64,000 bases of DNA from an uncultured Planctomycetota bacterium (GCA_963845755.1 CAWJTV010000025.1:1-64000), one strand, 5' to 3'. Positions 1 through 12,509 are shown, counted from the first letter of the stretch. Notes: generated by a model from the sequence alone, not told the origin. A program made the numbers and translations.

Positions 1-173
1 GTGCGTTGAGGATACGCATGCGTGTTCGGCGGCCGGAACGAGGTTCAAATCGTACGAGAGCACCTGCCCACTGGCGTCGTGTCTGATTCCAAGGATCCTA
101 TTCGTGATGGACTCCTCCGTATCGGTTCGGGGAAGCCCTGATGAAACACAAAACTGCATGAGAGGAGTTTCGG

Positions 174-1661
174 ATGCATCACTCGCGGCTTCGACTTGCT
201 CACCGTTGGTTGCTTTCGGCCGTGGTGTTGGTCGTGACGACGGGGTCGGCCTCGGCGAACTATTATGAGCTGCTCCGGCGAGTTCCCGATTCGGCCAATA
301 CGCTCATCATGATCGACGCGGAAAAGATGCTCATGAGCCCTATCGCCATGAGGGAGAAGTGGCGCGACAAGGGCAACTCGCCCGAGGCGGGGACGCTCCA
401 CTTCCCGATCAACTCGGAGCGCTACATGCTCGCGGCGAAGCTCAACTTCGTCTCAAATGCCGAGGATGTCTGGGACGTCGCGATGATCGAGACGACCAGC
501 GACCTTTCGCTGCCGTACCTGGCCAAGACGGAAGGGGGCTATCTCGATACGGTGGAAGGCCGGCAGGTCGCCTTCTCGCCCCGCGACGCCTTCTTCGTTC
601 TATTCGAGCCCACCATCCTGGGCGTGTACTTCCCGGCCAACCGGCAGGACCTGGGACGCTGGCTGCGGACGCTCAAGCGTCTCAACGACCCGCAGGTCTC
701 GGAGTATCTCCGGAATGCGGTCGCGCTCGCGCATGGCAATCACATGGTTGTCGCATTTGACCTCCAGGACTTGTTCACGAGTCGGATGATTCGCGACCGA
801 CTGCATCAAGCCGAGAGCCTCGCGGGCAAGGAGATCGATCTCGACGCGCTCACCAAGGTGCTCACATCGCTGAAAGGCGTGACCCTCAGCATGCAAGCGA
901 CCGACCGCCTCAACGGCAAGCTCCGGCTTGATTTCGGCGAGTCGCCCGCCCCGATGAAACATGTCGCCAAGGCCCTGATCTTCGAGGTGCTCGAGAATCA
1001 GGGCATGTTGCTCAACGAGATCAAGGAATGGAGGATCCTCATCGAGGCCAAGGCGATCACGCTCGAGGGGCGGATGACCACCAAGGGGCTGCGGACGCTG
1101 ACCGACCTGATCCCGATCCCCGCGGAGACCCTGGACCTACAGAAGACCGAGCCAAAAGCCGGGGGGACCGCTCCCGGGTCCACCACCACCGCCTCGCCCC
1201 AGGACTCGAAGCTCACAGCGTCGAAGAGGTATTTCAAACACATCAACCTACTCTTGGACCAGCTCCGCACCGATCTCAAAGATCCCATTATGTCGCCGAA
1301 GATCGCGCAAAGGCTGGTCAACAAGGCGGCGCTGGAGGTCGATCGCCTGCCGGTGCTCAACGTCGACGAGGAGCTCATCGCCTATGGCACCGGGGTAAGC
1401 GAGACCTTCCGCAACATGCGCAATCTCTCGAAGAACGCGAGCCTCGACGCGAGCTACCGCCAGGCATCGATGGCGGGCAATCAGGGGTACGGCTATGGGG
1501 GTTTCTACGGCGGAACGTCCCTTTCCGGCTCCGTGTCGGTGATGCGACAACAGGAGACAGCCGTGCTCAAGTCGAACCAGCTCGCGGTCGTCACCATGCT
1601 CGAGGAAAAGACGGCGGAGATCCGCAAGAAAATGACGCTCAAGTACCAGGTCGAGTTCTGA
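174..1661 (+). CDS. Secreted hypothetical protein (planctomycete-type), 495 aa
   Basis: Long uninterrupted ORF; N-terminal signal-peptide-like segment (R-rich, hydrophobic core, SASA); GAGAGGAG RBS-like sequence upstream; no family recognised. Confidence 0.8.
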   Translation: MHHSRLRLAHRWLLSAVVLVVTTGSASANYYELLRRVPDSANTLIMIDAEKMLMSPIAMREKWRDKGNSPEAGTLHFPINSERYMLAAKLNFVSNAEDVWDVAMIETTSDLSLPYLAKTEGGYLDTVEGRQVAFSPRDAFFVLFEPTILGVYFPANRQDLGRWLRTLKRLNDPQVSEYLRNAVALAHGNHMVVAFDLQDLFTSRMIRDRLHQAESLAGKEIDLDALTKVLTSLKGVTLSMQATDRLNGKLRLDFGESPAPMKHVAKALIFEVLENQGMLLNEIKEWRILIEAKAITLEGRMTTKGLRTLTDLIPIPAETLDLQKTEPKAGGTAPGSTTTASPQDSKLTASKRYFKHINLLLDQLRTDLKDPIMSPKIAQRLVNKAALEVDRLPVLNVDEELIAYGTGVSETFRNMRNLSKNASLDASYRQASMAGNQGYGYGGFYGGTSLSGSVSVMRQQETAVLKSNQLAVVTMLEEKTAEIRKKMTLKYQVEF

Positions 1662-1869
1662 TCGCGCCGGCTGTGAGTCTCGATTCCGCCCGCGCATGAG
1701 GAGGAGACATCCGACAGCTCATCCGCGAGACCCGTCGGATGTCCCCCGTTTCAGCGGTTCGCCCCTCGGTTCACACGAGGCAAGGCGCTACCGGGTTCTC
1801 GAAGTGGCGAACGGGATGGTCGGGTGGCTTCCGTCATCCCAAAGACATGACACCAGGGCGCGAGGCGGC

Positions 1870-3955
1870 TCATTCCGTCGTCCACTCGCACTCGTAAACG
1901 TAGCCCACCTCCGCGTTGACGATCGACCAGGCGATGATCGAGCCGTAGGGGTGGTCGATCGTGTACTGCGTCTCGATCTCCTGGCGCTGGGTGGGGTCGG
2001 CCGTCGCGTAGCGGATGAGGCGGTAGTCCTTGTACGGCCGAGATTCCGGGAAAAGCACCCACACGGAGGCTTGCTCGGTCTTGGCGGGCGGCGAGTAGCG
2101 CAGCCAGTTCTCGCGTTCGCCCTTGCGTGCCTCGAAGTCATGGATAATCGCCTCGATCTCGATATCGGTGGCACTCCCGGGCCGCACGCCCGACAGGTCG
2201 AATTCGAGTTCCCAGGTCGTCTTCCCCTCCCCGGCCTCGGGCGGGACGCGGCGCACGACGGGCCTCAGCTTCTCCGGCCCGGCGTGAAAGTCGATCTGGT
2301 CGAAGGGGAGGCGAGGGTACTGGAGGACCATGCGGTCCTCGTTCGCCCGTTTCCGGATGCGGACCCTCCGGTAGTAGTGGGCCACGTCCCGCGTCTTCGA
2401 TCGCCAGTCGCGCAGGTCGACGATGCTGGTGTCGCTCACGAACTCGAACCCGCGGTAGTCTAGCTTCGGCGACGCCTGGGAAACGTCCTGGACCGGCAGC
2501 GGGGTCCAGGCGGGAGTGGTGCTGCGTTGCACGATCTCAAGGATCTTGCGGAAGTCCGGGCTGCTGTGGGTGATCGAGTCGACGATCATGGCATTGGTCT
2601 TCGCCTGGCGGCGGTAGCGGTAGACCTGCACGGGGAGGACGCCGAGAAGCAGGACCAGGAGCGGGATGTAGACGTAGGTGGGCCAGTCGCGGAGATCGAG
2701 CAGTGTGCTCCAGACGCGACGGCCGGCCGAGCGGCGGAGTTGCTGGGCCTGCCGGGTCACGAGGGCCGTTACGGGCGGAGAAGCATCCCGCGACAGATCC
2801 TCCTCGCTGGGGGCCGTCTTGGCGTGCTGCGAGCCGGCCGCGTCGGAGCCCTTCATCGGGTCCCACGGCGGCGTCGATGGTAGGTTCGACCCGTAGAGGT
2901 CGGGGCGGGTCCGGCACTGCTTGCGGGCCACGCAGTAGCCGTGCTGCACCAGTGCGGTGATATCCAGCGGCGAGAAACGATCGAGGTCCGTCCGGATGTG
3001 GGCGACCTCCGACTGGATCACCGGGTGGAGCGCCGTGGGATCGTCCCTGAGGTCGACCTGGTCCAGGGCCGCCACGAACAGGAAGCGGGGATCGTCCTGG
3101 AACTTCTGCTGCCTCGAGCTGCCCGACGCGATCCCAGAGGATGTCCGAGGCCCGCATGGACCGGCCGATCATGCCCAGCGCATGGGACCGGACGATACTG
3201 AACGGCTTGCCGACGTCGCTCACGAGGATCTGATCGAGCGACGGGTCGAGGTTCTCCAGCAGGTCGAAGACCCGGACTCCCAGGTTGTCGTACACGCCGC
3301 CGTCGGTGAACGTCTGCGATGGGAACTCGCCCTCGGAGAGGCCGAGATCGTCGGCGGTGATCAGCGCGGGGGGGAAGAAACCGGGGAAGGCCGAGGAGGC
3401 CGTGACCGCCAGCGCGACGGGCGTCAGCCGGGCCGGGAGGATCTCGACCTTGGTTCTCCCGCTCGTCCGATGCTGCATGATCAGGCCCGCCCTCGTGAAC
3501 GAGCAAAGTCCCCCCTCGCTCATGTTCGTGGTGAGGAGGTGCAGCTCCGGAACTTCCGGGAACTGATGCACACGAGCGTCGCCATAGAGGTACTTCGCAT
3601 ACAGCTTCTCGAGAAGCCCCGTCGGCGTGACGGTGCGGCTCGTCCCGCGGAGTGCGAATCGCCGGAGGAGGCGGAGCGGGACCAGGAACGGGATACGCCG
3701 GGCGATCTGGTTCCGGGCGTCGGACTGGACGAAGGCGACGATCTTCGAGGCCGCCGCCTCGAAGTCCGCCTCCGAGCCGTTGTAGCGTCCCCAGTTCAGC
3801 GCGAGGTGGGCCCCCAGGATGCTGCCGCCCGAGACCGAGACGATGTGCGTCATCTCGCCGAGCAGGCCCGCATCACGCAGGAAGCGGACGACGCCAAGGT
3901 GAAATAGGGTGGCCCGCAGTCCGCCACCGGAGAGCGCCAATCCGAGTCGAGGCAT
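1870..3955 (-). CDS. Patatin-like phospholipase with a TM helix and a C-terminal domain; frameshift near 3110
   Basis: LALSGGGLRA glycine loop, VSVSGGS nucleophile elbow, DGGVYDN catalytic motif; continues in ORF 1870..3075 with TM YIPLLVLLLGVLPV; AAGGAGAG RBS before ATG 3955. Confidence 0.85.
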
Positions 3956-4199
3956 CTCACCCTCTCCTTTAGAATCACCCCATCGATCCCGAACGACCCC
4001 TCCCGGGCTTCCGATAGCGACGGAGCATGAAAGCGCGACGATCTGGTCTCTGCCCGCCATCCGAAGTGTCTGTATCGGCAGGAGGACGTGTTACTCACCA
4101 AGTCTTGATCATAGCGTGCAAGTTGTGAACAAGGGAGGAATGACCCCGGGAGGAGATCGGCCGCAGCGCCGTGGGTCAACCTCTGCTCACACCGACCTC

Positions 4200-4491
4200 G
4201 CAGGTTGACGAGATCTCAAGGGCGTGATCAGTCATCGGCTCGGTGTCCAGGAACACGCCCCATGTCTCCAGGCCGCCGCGGTCATAGGTCGCCGGGCCGG
4301 AGAGGTCACGCAGGCGCCAGGTCTTGCCTCCGAGGTCCGTGAAGAGGAGCGGGACCTAGCACTGACTCTGGTTGTCGGCGTAATTCACCGCGATCAGCAT
4401 CCGCTCGCCGACCGGGCCTTGCCAGGCCAAGGCGATAAGGCACTCGCAGGTTCGGTTCCTGTCCCAGGCGGGCGCATAGGAGCAACTGCCA
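4200..4491 (-). pseudogene. C-terminal remnant of an alpha-amylase-family protein
   Basis: Minus strand reads WQLL..APAWDRNRTCECLIALAWQGPVGERMLIAVNYADNQSQC*VPLLFTDLGGKTWRLRDL, resembling alpha-amylase-domain protein C-termini; internal stop, no start. Confidence 0.55.
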
Positions 4492-5328
4492 TGAAAATCC
4501 GTGTTACAACACGGATCGTTTCCGCCTTCCGCTCGCGAGACTGCATTCTGCGTCGGCGAACCGGGCCATTCAATAGCGCGGGACGGCGGAAAGACAGATC
4601 ATAGTGTGGCGCCATAACGAACGCCATCGTCTCCGCTCCAAAGCGTGTCACTGCCGCGAATGGTAACGGGACCCGAATCGAATGACGCGCTCCCCCTCGG
4701 GTTTTTTCTGATCCGAGTTGCCAGATCCGCAGAAGTGTCCATTAATCAAGGATGTCGGGACTTCCCAATGACGTTCGGGGTGCGCGAAGCGGACAGAGGA
4801 GGTGGGGCATGGGGCATCAGGAGTTATCGAGTATCGCGTGTCGGGCGCCGCGAAACGGCCGCCGCGAATTCGACAAAACGAACCGAGCCGCCGCGCTCGA
4901 CGCCCGCCAATACGATGAAACGAAGCCACCGCCGCGGACTTCGGAGAGGATTTCGACAAAAACGAAGCCAAAACCGGGTAATCTGGGAAAAATATATCAA
5001 TTGTATCGAATAGGCAGCGAGTTGCGGACAGCAGGAATACTTGGAAACGAAGCCAGCCACCTAGACTCCAGCCGAACTCCACTCGTCGTCACGTGAGATA
5101 GAGGAGAACCAGGCCTCCTGTCAGTCGAGCGTCTCGAAAGTGGGCGAGATTCCGTCGGAACAAACTTCATCAGGCGTTGCAGCCCTCATTCTCATGAAAA
5201 TCGGAATTCTCAGAACAACCAAACTCCGGCAAAGCCCCATCGGCGGATCGCCCTGTCCACCGGCCTGGGGCGACCGTCTGTCCCGTGTCGGGAGGCCCGG
5301 TGGGGGTGAGTGTCTGCGCATTGGACGC

Positions 5329-6849
5329 TTACTGGATCTCTCGGACGACGATCTCGTTGTGGCCGGGGTCGCCGGGCAACGCGCCGCGGATGCCGACGAT
5401 CAGGTCGCCGGAGGCGATCAGCCCGTGCGCACGACACCAGTCGTCGACAAACGCCCGGAGCTGATCGCGGTGGTCGAACTCGGGCATGACCAGAGGGGTG
5501 ACGCCCCAGAACAGGGCCATGGCGCGCGCGGTCCGGGCATCGTAGGCCAAGGCCAGCGTGGGGGTGGGATTGCGTTGCTTCGAGAGCACCAGCGCCGTGC
5601 GGCCGGTATGGGTCGCGATGATCAGCAGCGCGGCCTTGAGCCGGCGGGAGATCAGGCTGGCGGCCTCGACCACGCACTCGGTGATCGGCTGGACCTGGCC
5701 GGCCCGCGCGACCGTCGCGGTGGCTGCCGGTGCGAACCAGCGGCCGATCACGCCCGTCCCGTGGCGGAACGGCTCGTCGCCGGACGGGCCCGAGCCGGCG
5801 CGCGCCAGCAGGACCGACTCGGCCTCCGCCGCGATCCGGCTCATGATCGCGACGGCCTCGATCGGATACGCGCCGATCGCCGTCTCGCCGGAGAGCATCA
5901 CCGCGTCGGTGCCGTCGAGGACGGCATTGAAGACGTCGCTGGCCTCGGCGCGGGTGGGCCGGCTCGACGTCTCCATGCTGTTGAGCATCTGGGTCGCCGT
6001 GATCACCGGCACCCGCGCGGCGTGGCAGGCCGCGATGATCCGCTTCTGGACGGCCGGCACCCGCGTCACGTCCAGCTCGACACCCAGGTCGCCCCGCGCG
6101 ACCATTACCGCGTCGGCCTCGGCGATGATCGCGTCCAGGTTGGCCAACGCTTCGCGCTTCTCGATCTTGGCCACGATCCGCGCGGTGGTGCCGCGCAATT
6201 CCAGCTCGCGGCGCAGTTGCATGATGTCCTCGGCGCGGCGGACGAACGACAGCCCGACATAGGCCACATCGTTCGCGGCCGTCCAGTCCAGGTCGGCCAG
6301 ATCCTTGTCCGTCAGCGCCGAGACGCTCAGAGCACCCCCCGGCACGTTGATCCCCTGGTGCGACCGGATCAGGCCCGGCAGCGTCACTTTCAACCACGCC
6401 CGGCCCGGTTCGCGGGCGATCACCTCCATCCCGACCGTACCATCGGCGAACAAGACCGCCTGCCCGACCTCGAGCTCGTCCGGCAGCGGCTTGTAGGTGC
6501 AGGTCAGGTAATGCGGATCCCCGCCGGAGCCCGGCTCGGCTGCCAGGATGAACACCGCATCGTGGTCGCAGGTGACCGAGCCGCCCAGGATCTCGCCCAG
6601 ACGGATCTTGGGGCCGCAAAGATCCTGCAAGATCGCCATCGGGAGGCCGATCTCTTCCGAGATCCGCCGGATCGCCTGGAGCCGGACGGTGTGCTCCGCG
6701 TGCGTCCCGTGCGAGAAGTTGAGACGGAAGACGTCGACCCCCGCCTCGGCCATCCGCTTCAAGGTTGCCGGGTCGTTCGACGCCGGTCCGACCGTTGCCA
6801 CGATCTTGGTCCGAACTTTCCCCAACTGCTCCTTGTGGAACGGTTTCAT
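5329..6849 (-). CDS. pyk: Pyruvate kinase
   Basis: RTKIVATVGPAS, FRLNFSHG, AKIEK, MVARGDLGVE, ATQMLNSM, PTRAEASDV and MLSGETA motifs; AGGAGGAG RBS upstream of ATG 6849. Confidence 0.97.
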   Translation of the reverse strand: MKPFHKEQLGKVRTKIVATVGPASNDPATLKRMAEAGVDVFRLNFSHGTHAEHTVRLQAIRRISEEIGLPMAILQDLCGPKIRLGEILGGSVTCDHDAVFILAAEPGSGGDPHYLTCTYKPLPDELEVGQAVLFADGTVGMEVIAREPGRAWLKVTLPGLIRSHQGINVPGGALSVSALTDKDLADLDWTAANDVAYVGLSFVRRAEDIMQLRRELELRGTTARIVAKIEKREALANLDAIIAEADAVMVARGDLGVELDVTRVPAVQKRIIAACHAARVPVITATQMLNSMETSSRPTRAEASDVFNAVLDGTDAVMLSGETAIGAYPIEAVAIMSRIAAEAESVLLARAGSGPSGDEPFRHGTGVIGRWFAPAATATVARAGQVQPITECVVEAASLISRRLKAALLIIATHTGRTALVLSKQRNPTPTLALAYDARTARAMALFWGVTPLVMPEFDHRDQLRAFVDDWCRAHGLIASGDLIVGIRGALPGDPGHNEIVVREIQ

Positions 6850-7315
6850 GAGTCTCCTCCTTGCCGAGTCCAGGACCTCGCGGTCCCGATCCCGTCCGGC
6901 ACGAAACGATCGCGCGTGCGTCTGATGAATGTCGGTGTACGGCCGTCGCATTGTAGGAGAACCTTGAAGGATGGACCAGGGAAGATAAGGAACCGTCGAT
7001 CGTATTCCTCCGACCTGAAGGAAAGGTTCAAGGCGCGGGCATGGATGCAATGGGCGGAATGTGTGCACGGACACGCTCGAGCGGGAAACAACGGTTCTCG
7101 GACCAAGTCGACCGGGCATTCTTTTCCAACATCTCCGCGTCGCGGCCGATTTCGTCATTAGAATGGTATGTGGAGAACGCCGTTCGTCCGGATGTCCTAT
7201 TGAGGGCATGGATGATACTGATCCGGTAGCGGAATGTCTCCGGGTGCACCACCAGACATCGAGGAACGCTCGTTTCCTCGAATCGATCTCCTCGCAAAGG
7301 GGCATGGACAAGTCG

Positions 7316-9285
7316 ATGAAGCGAACCTTCGCCATGGTCGTGCTCCTGGTTTCCCTGGGCGTCTTCATCAAGCTCGCCTCCAAGTCGACCATTCCGGTCG
7401 TTCTCCCGGAATCGGCTGCGATCCTGGAAAGAGGCGCGGGCGATCGCGCGAAGCGCCGGGACCGAACCGGTCGCGACGCCGGAATTGCTGGCGCGATATC
7501 GCACGGCTTCGCCCCGGGTGCGCGAAATGGTCGCGCGGCTGGCAGAACGGTTCGGGAGGACAGCCGAAGCGATCGATCGGACGGACGGCGAACGCGGGCT
7601 GATCCTGCTCGACAAGCTGGAACTGGAGGCCCTCTTCCTCTATGAGAAGTACCCGCGCGAATTCCGCAGGCTCGGCGACCTGATCGGCGTGGAGGCGGCC
7701 GCCGACCTCCTCTTGCACTGGCGCGAATACTTCGGACTCAAGCGGGCTGACGAGACCGACCGGGGCACCCTGATCGCCGAGATCGCCGCCCTGACCCCGG
7801 CCCAACTGCGGGTCGCCTCGCGATACCCCGCGGCACTTCCGCTGATCCTGGCCGATCCGCCGGCAGTGACCGCCTTGATCGATCGGATGGCCGACGACTC
7901 TTCGGCGCTGGCCGACGTCCTGACGGTGCTGAGCTTCGTCAGCCTGGAACACGGGGCGACGAATCTGCGATCGGCCCTCCGGACGTTCGATCATTCCGGG
8001 CCGATCGCCATCGCGGCCTACCGGTCTCAGGGACTGGAAGGCTTCGCCCTGGTCAGCCTGTATGGGCCCGTTTTTGAGGCGGTGGGTAGCGCCCTGCCCC
8101 TGGAACAGGGCCTGATCCTGGCACGGGTCAACTCCGACTATCTCGACGAGCTCTTGCAGACCCACCGGCCCGAGACGGTCGCCGGGCATTTGCGGCACGT
8201 CGCGGCGTCGGGCCTTGTGGAATCCGTAGGAGGCAGTCCCCACGCCTTGCGGCTGGTCGTAGAACAGGGAGAGATGGGGGAGCGCGCCTTGAGGCGTGCA
8301 GGCCCCGACGCGGCCGATGTCGTATTCAATGATTTCGGCGAAGCGACCTTGCGTTGACAGGCCACCCGTGCCCTCGGCGAGCATGGTACGATGGCCCTGG
8401 CGATACTCGATAAGTATGCCTCGGACCCGGACTTTCGCGATGTACTTCGGGCCCACGGCGCAGCCCGTCATCCCGCCGATCGCCCAGGCGGATGCCGGGC
8501 CCGAGACCATCTCCTACCTTCAGGGCAAGACCCGGCGGTCGTTCAAGGAGTCGCTGGCCCTGACTGCCCTGTTCTTGTCCGGGGAGAACGGTCAGGCCGT
8601 GATTCGCACCATCAAGGATGACGGCCTGGAACGCGTGGCCCAGTTGAGCGACTCCACGATTCAGTTCTATCAGTTCCTACCGATGTACGACGTGATCCAT
8701 CTCGGCAACATCTTGCGGCGGGGTTACGCCCCGACGTCGGGCGAGATGACCTGGGCGCTGGTGGACGGCTGCTTCGTGGTGGCCGACGTCTTGAGCCTGG
8801 CGGCCGTACAGCCGGAGGGTGTGGTGGCCGCCGAGGCCGTCCGGTCGGAAGTCAAGGGCGCCGTCCGACAAGGAGTCGGCGCCGCGGCTCGCCAGTTCGC
8901 CGAGGCGGGCGGCGAGTCATCCGGCGAGGTCTTGGTCCGACAAGGGGCTGGCAACCTCTCAGAACGCCTGGCTCGTTGGTGGAGCGTACGATCGGCCGGA
9001 GGCATATACTACCTGCTGCACCGGCTTCCCGAAGCCTTGCCTCAACTCAGCCTCGGCCAGATTCGCCAGATGGCGGGACCGCTCTGCACCAAGGCGGGAA
9101 TCCGATTGACGGTATGGCGACCCGTCCGATTCCTGCGCGACGGGGCCGAGGGCCTGCTCCACATCCCTCCTCAGCGAGGCTTGAAATACCTCTCGGCGCA
9201 GATGATCCAGGCCAGCGTCGGCGTCGTCGGCTTCCGGAAGATGGAGGAACATCTCAGCAGTCGTCGCCCAGGGTCATCGCGATAG
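7316..9285 (+). CDS. Membrane-anchored hypothetical protein split by several frameshifts (~7480, ~8355, ~8465)
   Basis: Hydrophobic N-terminus MKRTFAMVVLLVSLGVFI followed by consecutive protein-like ORF segments 7485..8357, 8391.. and 8296..9285. Confidence 0.6.
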
Positions 9286-9344
9286 GAAAAAATATAAATA
9301 TATTAAAGATGCCCATACAAAGGCTGGGGATCGGACCGCAGCCA

Positions 9345-9960
9345 ACCTGATCGTTCTCGATGATGCGAACCTCGGGTACCGCAATCGGAGTGATCTCTGG
9401 CCCAGGCCGATCGAAAGCGAGCAAGGGCCGCCCTGGGTCGTGCTCGAGATAGCTGGGGCGGTAGCGGATGGGACCTTGTGGGAACACCTGCTGGAGACCT
9501 ATCACGATCGGCTCATCGTCGTCCTGACGATCTCCGACCTGCGTCGGACCGAGGTGCGGATCAGCCGCCGGTGGTCCTGGGAACGGTCGGCCGAGGACTT
9601 GGCCTTGGAGCTTATGTACAATCCGCATCATCGGAAACTTGAAGCGTTGTGCCCACGTCATCGTCTCCTTCAACCGTGCCGGAGCAACTCGGATGTCAAA
9701 CGGAGGCAAAGACGAGTTCTCTGTACTAGGGTCGGAAGCGACTCGAACGCAATTGGGAGGAGTCTTCGTCGGGAGAGATGATCGGCTACACGTTCACCCT
9801 GACCGCGTCGATCAACAGCCCGACCTCGACCAGGCCATCCAGTCGGGCCTGGCGCCCCAGCGCCTGTTGTTCGAGCGGGGTTACGGCAAGACGGAGCGGG
9901 ACCCAGCGCTCGCCGAGTTGGCGTTCTCGACCCAAAAAAGATCGCGGACGAACTGGCCGG
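9345..9960 (+). pseudogene. Degraded N-terminal part of a protein resembling bacterial RyR-domain/ATPase proteins
   Basis: Segments LIVLDDANLGYR, GTLWEHLLETYHDRLIVVLTISDLRRTEVRISRRWSWERSAEDL, CAHVIVSFN and MIGYT spread across frames; family recalled from memory. Confidence 0.4.
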
Positions 9961-10264
9961 AGAGCAACGGGCCCTCGAGGTGTCGAGATTCGAGATTCGT
10001 TGCGCCGGGCATAGAGTATCGCTCCGTGGTCGTATCGGCCGGATTGACGCGCCGGACGGACACTTCCAGGAACCGGACCACGGCGCCGGAACGTGGGACC
10101 CGCCGTCCATAGAGGCCGTCGAGATTCTGCTTCTGTTGCGGGGCTCTTCACTTCTTGGAGATACCCAGTTTGGTGAAGAGGTTTTCGGACCTGAGAGGAG
10201 TTCCCCACGGCTCGCTCCGTTCCGCCTTCATAGCGGTAATCGGATCACACCGGAGATCGGATGC

Positions 10265-10923
10265 CGCAGTCGGCCGTGAACTATCCCCTAACGATCAAAT
10301 TCATCGAGGATCAGACGGACGACCTTTTGAACCTGCTCGTCTGGGTCGAAGGTCACCTCTCGGGTAAGCGACTTGAAATATCCAATCGGCACTCCGACCT
10401 CCAGGTCGCCGCGACGAGCCTTGTTCAACCTCCCTTGATACCTATATTAATTGAGAATATATAAATCTTTTTAGTTCATCATGCCGGTCAACCCCAGCAC
10501 CAGGCGGTCCGCGTATTCGGTCGGGTCGCACACCGACTCGGCGTCGCCGAGCAGGACTCGAAACCGGGCGCAAAGTTCGAGCGGGTGGTGCCAGTCCCTA
10601 CAGGACCGCGCCAGCCGGCTCATCTCCAGCCCGAGGATCAGTCCGACCCAATCCAGGGCCATTTCGGCGAGCAACCACTGAAACCCCGGCCGACCTTCGA
10701 TCGACTGTCCGCTCTTGCCAAGGTCGTCGTCGATCACCTGGACTAGCGACCTCGACCAACTCAGGACGACGGCGCCATCGGCCAAGGCATATTGGCGGGC
10801 GGTGGATTCCTGACGATCGAGGACCTGTTGAGGCGTCGACCGCCGGGCATAGACGACCGCGGCCCTGTCGAGATAGGCCTTGAGCTTCGGGGACGGCTGC
10901 GCCTCACGCGATTTGGTGGTCAT
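10265..10923 (-). pseudogene. Large serine recombinase (resolvase family), truncated
   Basis: AVVYARRSTPQQV, IDDDLGKSG, RPGF, LGLEMSRLARS, DRLVLGL; after a stop the minus strand continues QGRLNKARRG..VPIGY..DPDEQVQKVVRLILDEFDR. Confidence 0.85.
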
Positions 10924-11355
10924 GGCGCCCTTCCATCGGCAATGCCGTGCCGGCAGTCAGGGGACGAGCGAGGAGTTCGGCGACGAGGCGCTGGCGCCTC
11001 CGTCGGCGATCCGCCGGGAGTTGGGTCCAGATAGCGGTCAATTGGATCGGCTGAGAAGCCGAGGGCGGGAGGGAACGCGGAAGGGATCGTCGTCGAGCAT
11101 GGGATGCCTCCGTGGTCCTTCGAGACTCGGTCGCTCCACGCGTCCAGAGCTAGAAGAGCGTTTATTGCGATGGTAACCGGCCCGTCCGACGTCGCACAAG
11201 TTGTCACCTCACGGGTCTTCTGACTGGGGGATCTCGATCGACCAGTAGCCTCTTTCCCACATGAGCAACACACCGGGATCGGCCAACTCGCGCGGGCGCT
11301 GGTGATGAAGGAGCGGGGCTCCTGCGACATGTTACCGTCCTGCTCGACCACGCTC

Positions 11356-12223
11356 TCAATCTGGCCGACTTGAGCGACACCGGGCCAATCCAGATGCTCG
11401 ATATTCGTTCAACGCCGTCGTCGCCTTCAAGGTACGACGCTCGCGACGACCGTGACCCTTCTCGAGGGCCGTGGCTGTGTCTTGCGTCTCATCCCCGATT
11501 CGCCGCTGTTTCGGGGGAAGAAGCCGCTTCGACCGGAGCGGCGAAGGCCGTCTGGATATCATGGAGCAGCGTCGGTTGGTTCGCTTCGACAAACCACAGA
11601 TAATGGCCGCCGGCATCCAGGACCTGCTGGGACAGATCGCGTTGGCAGAAGATGGCATCACCGATGACGAGGCGCCCCTTGAGAAGGAGGGCTTGGAGCA
11701 ATCAGAGGGCCGTCTTGTGCTCGTTGGTTTTCTCTGCGCCACCCTGAGTCCAGGCCGTCGAAGCTTCCACGAGCCGTCTTGCCGTCGACGGCCAACGCCT
11801 CCAGGGGTGTCGTCCGGGTCGAGGTCTCCCCGCCCAGTACCGATTCGACCCACCGTCTCAGAGCATCCTCAAAAGCGTCGGGGGTCAGGGCGATCAGGAC
11901 CTTGCGGATGTCGCAGAGATTGGGCGGTTTGCGCGTGAAGTCGAGTTGCGCATCAGGGCGATGTCTTGGTCGAGTCCCCCCTGGGGCGATCGCGGCGTAA
12001 CTCTTGCGCCGCACATTGATAGCGCAACAGTCCAATCCGACGATGGCCCTCAGGGGATGGCGTCGGCCGCGTGGATCGGAGACGGCGGCCAGAAAGGGGA
12101 GAAGACTGCTGACGGTGTGGGGTTCCATGCGATGCCTCCCTGGGGGAAAACGCGGTGGTGCACGATCTCCTAATCGACGAAGGATTCTCGTTCCCGCCCT
12201 GAATGAAACAGTCAACAGCCCTG
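11356..12223 (-). mobile_element. ISAs1-family transposase remnant
   Basis: DPRGRRHPL, LAVDGKTARGS, GDAIFCQRDL..YLWFVEANQPTL and KGHGRRERR in shifting frames; CAGGGCTGTTGA end-like sequence on the minus strand at 12223. Confidence 0.8.
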
Positions 12224-12341
12224 GCTGCTGTTGCCCCCGAGAACCCAGGTCGGGTAAAATGAGGATAGGGTGGTGAGAAAGACGTGACCAGGGCCGCAAT
12301 TCACAGCCTGCAACGCGACTTAAGTGCCACCGCAACCCGAC

Positions 12342-12427
12342 GCCGAAGTGGCGGAATTGGCAGACGCGCTAGGTTCAGGTCCTAGTCCCTCTAACGGGGG
12401 GTGCAGGTTCAACTCCTGTCTTCGGCA
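12342..12427 (+). tRNA. trnL: tRNA-Leu (anticodon CAG)
   Basis: Acceptor stem GCCGAAG/CTTCGGC, D-loop GGAATTGGCAGAC, anticodon stem CTAGG-TTCAGGT-CCTAG, long variable arm, T-loop GGTTCAACTCC. Confidence 0.97.
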
Positions 12428-12436
12428 CTAAGCGGC

Positions 12437-12470
12437 ATAAGGGGTTGCGTCGAATGGCGCAACCCCTTAT
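12437..12470 (+). terminator. Stem-loop immediately downstream of the tRNA
   Basis: ATAAGGGGTTGCG...CGCAACCCCTTAT perfect 13-bp stem followed by TCTTT. Confidence 0.65.
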
Positions 12471-12489
12471 TCTTTGGATTCTGGGGCAG

Positions 12490-12509
12490 TTGGCAACAAT
12501 TTGGCAACA
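12490..12509 (+). repeat. Direct repeat TTGGCAACA x2, putative integrase arm-type sites
   Basis: gTTGGCAACAatTTGGCAACAt between the tRNA 3' end and the integrase start. Confidence 0.55.

Noticed and set aside
6923..6953. CGTCGCATTG as a fourth copy of the ECF-like motif
   Set aside because: Only the downstream half matches; TGAGGGGTTT is absent and the spacing differs
5140..7161. 673-aa plus-strand ORF (likewise 26116..27906 and 19414..20520)
   Set aside because: Antisense to pyk, the TPR kinase and the aldo/keto reductase; a high-GC shadow with no motifs
6850..7392. N-terminal extension of pyruvate kinase
   Set aside because: A strong RBS precedes ATG 6849, and the family starts at RTKIVAT
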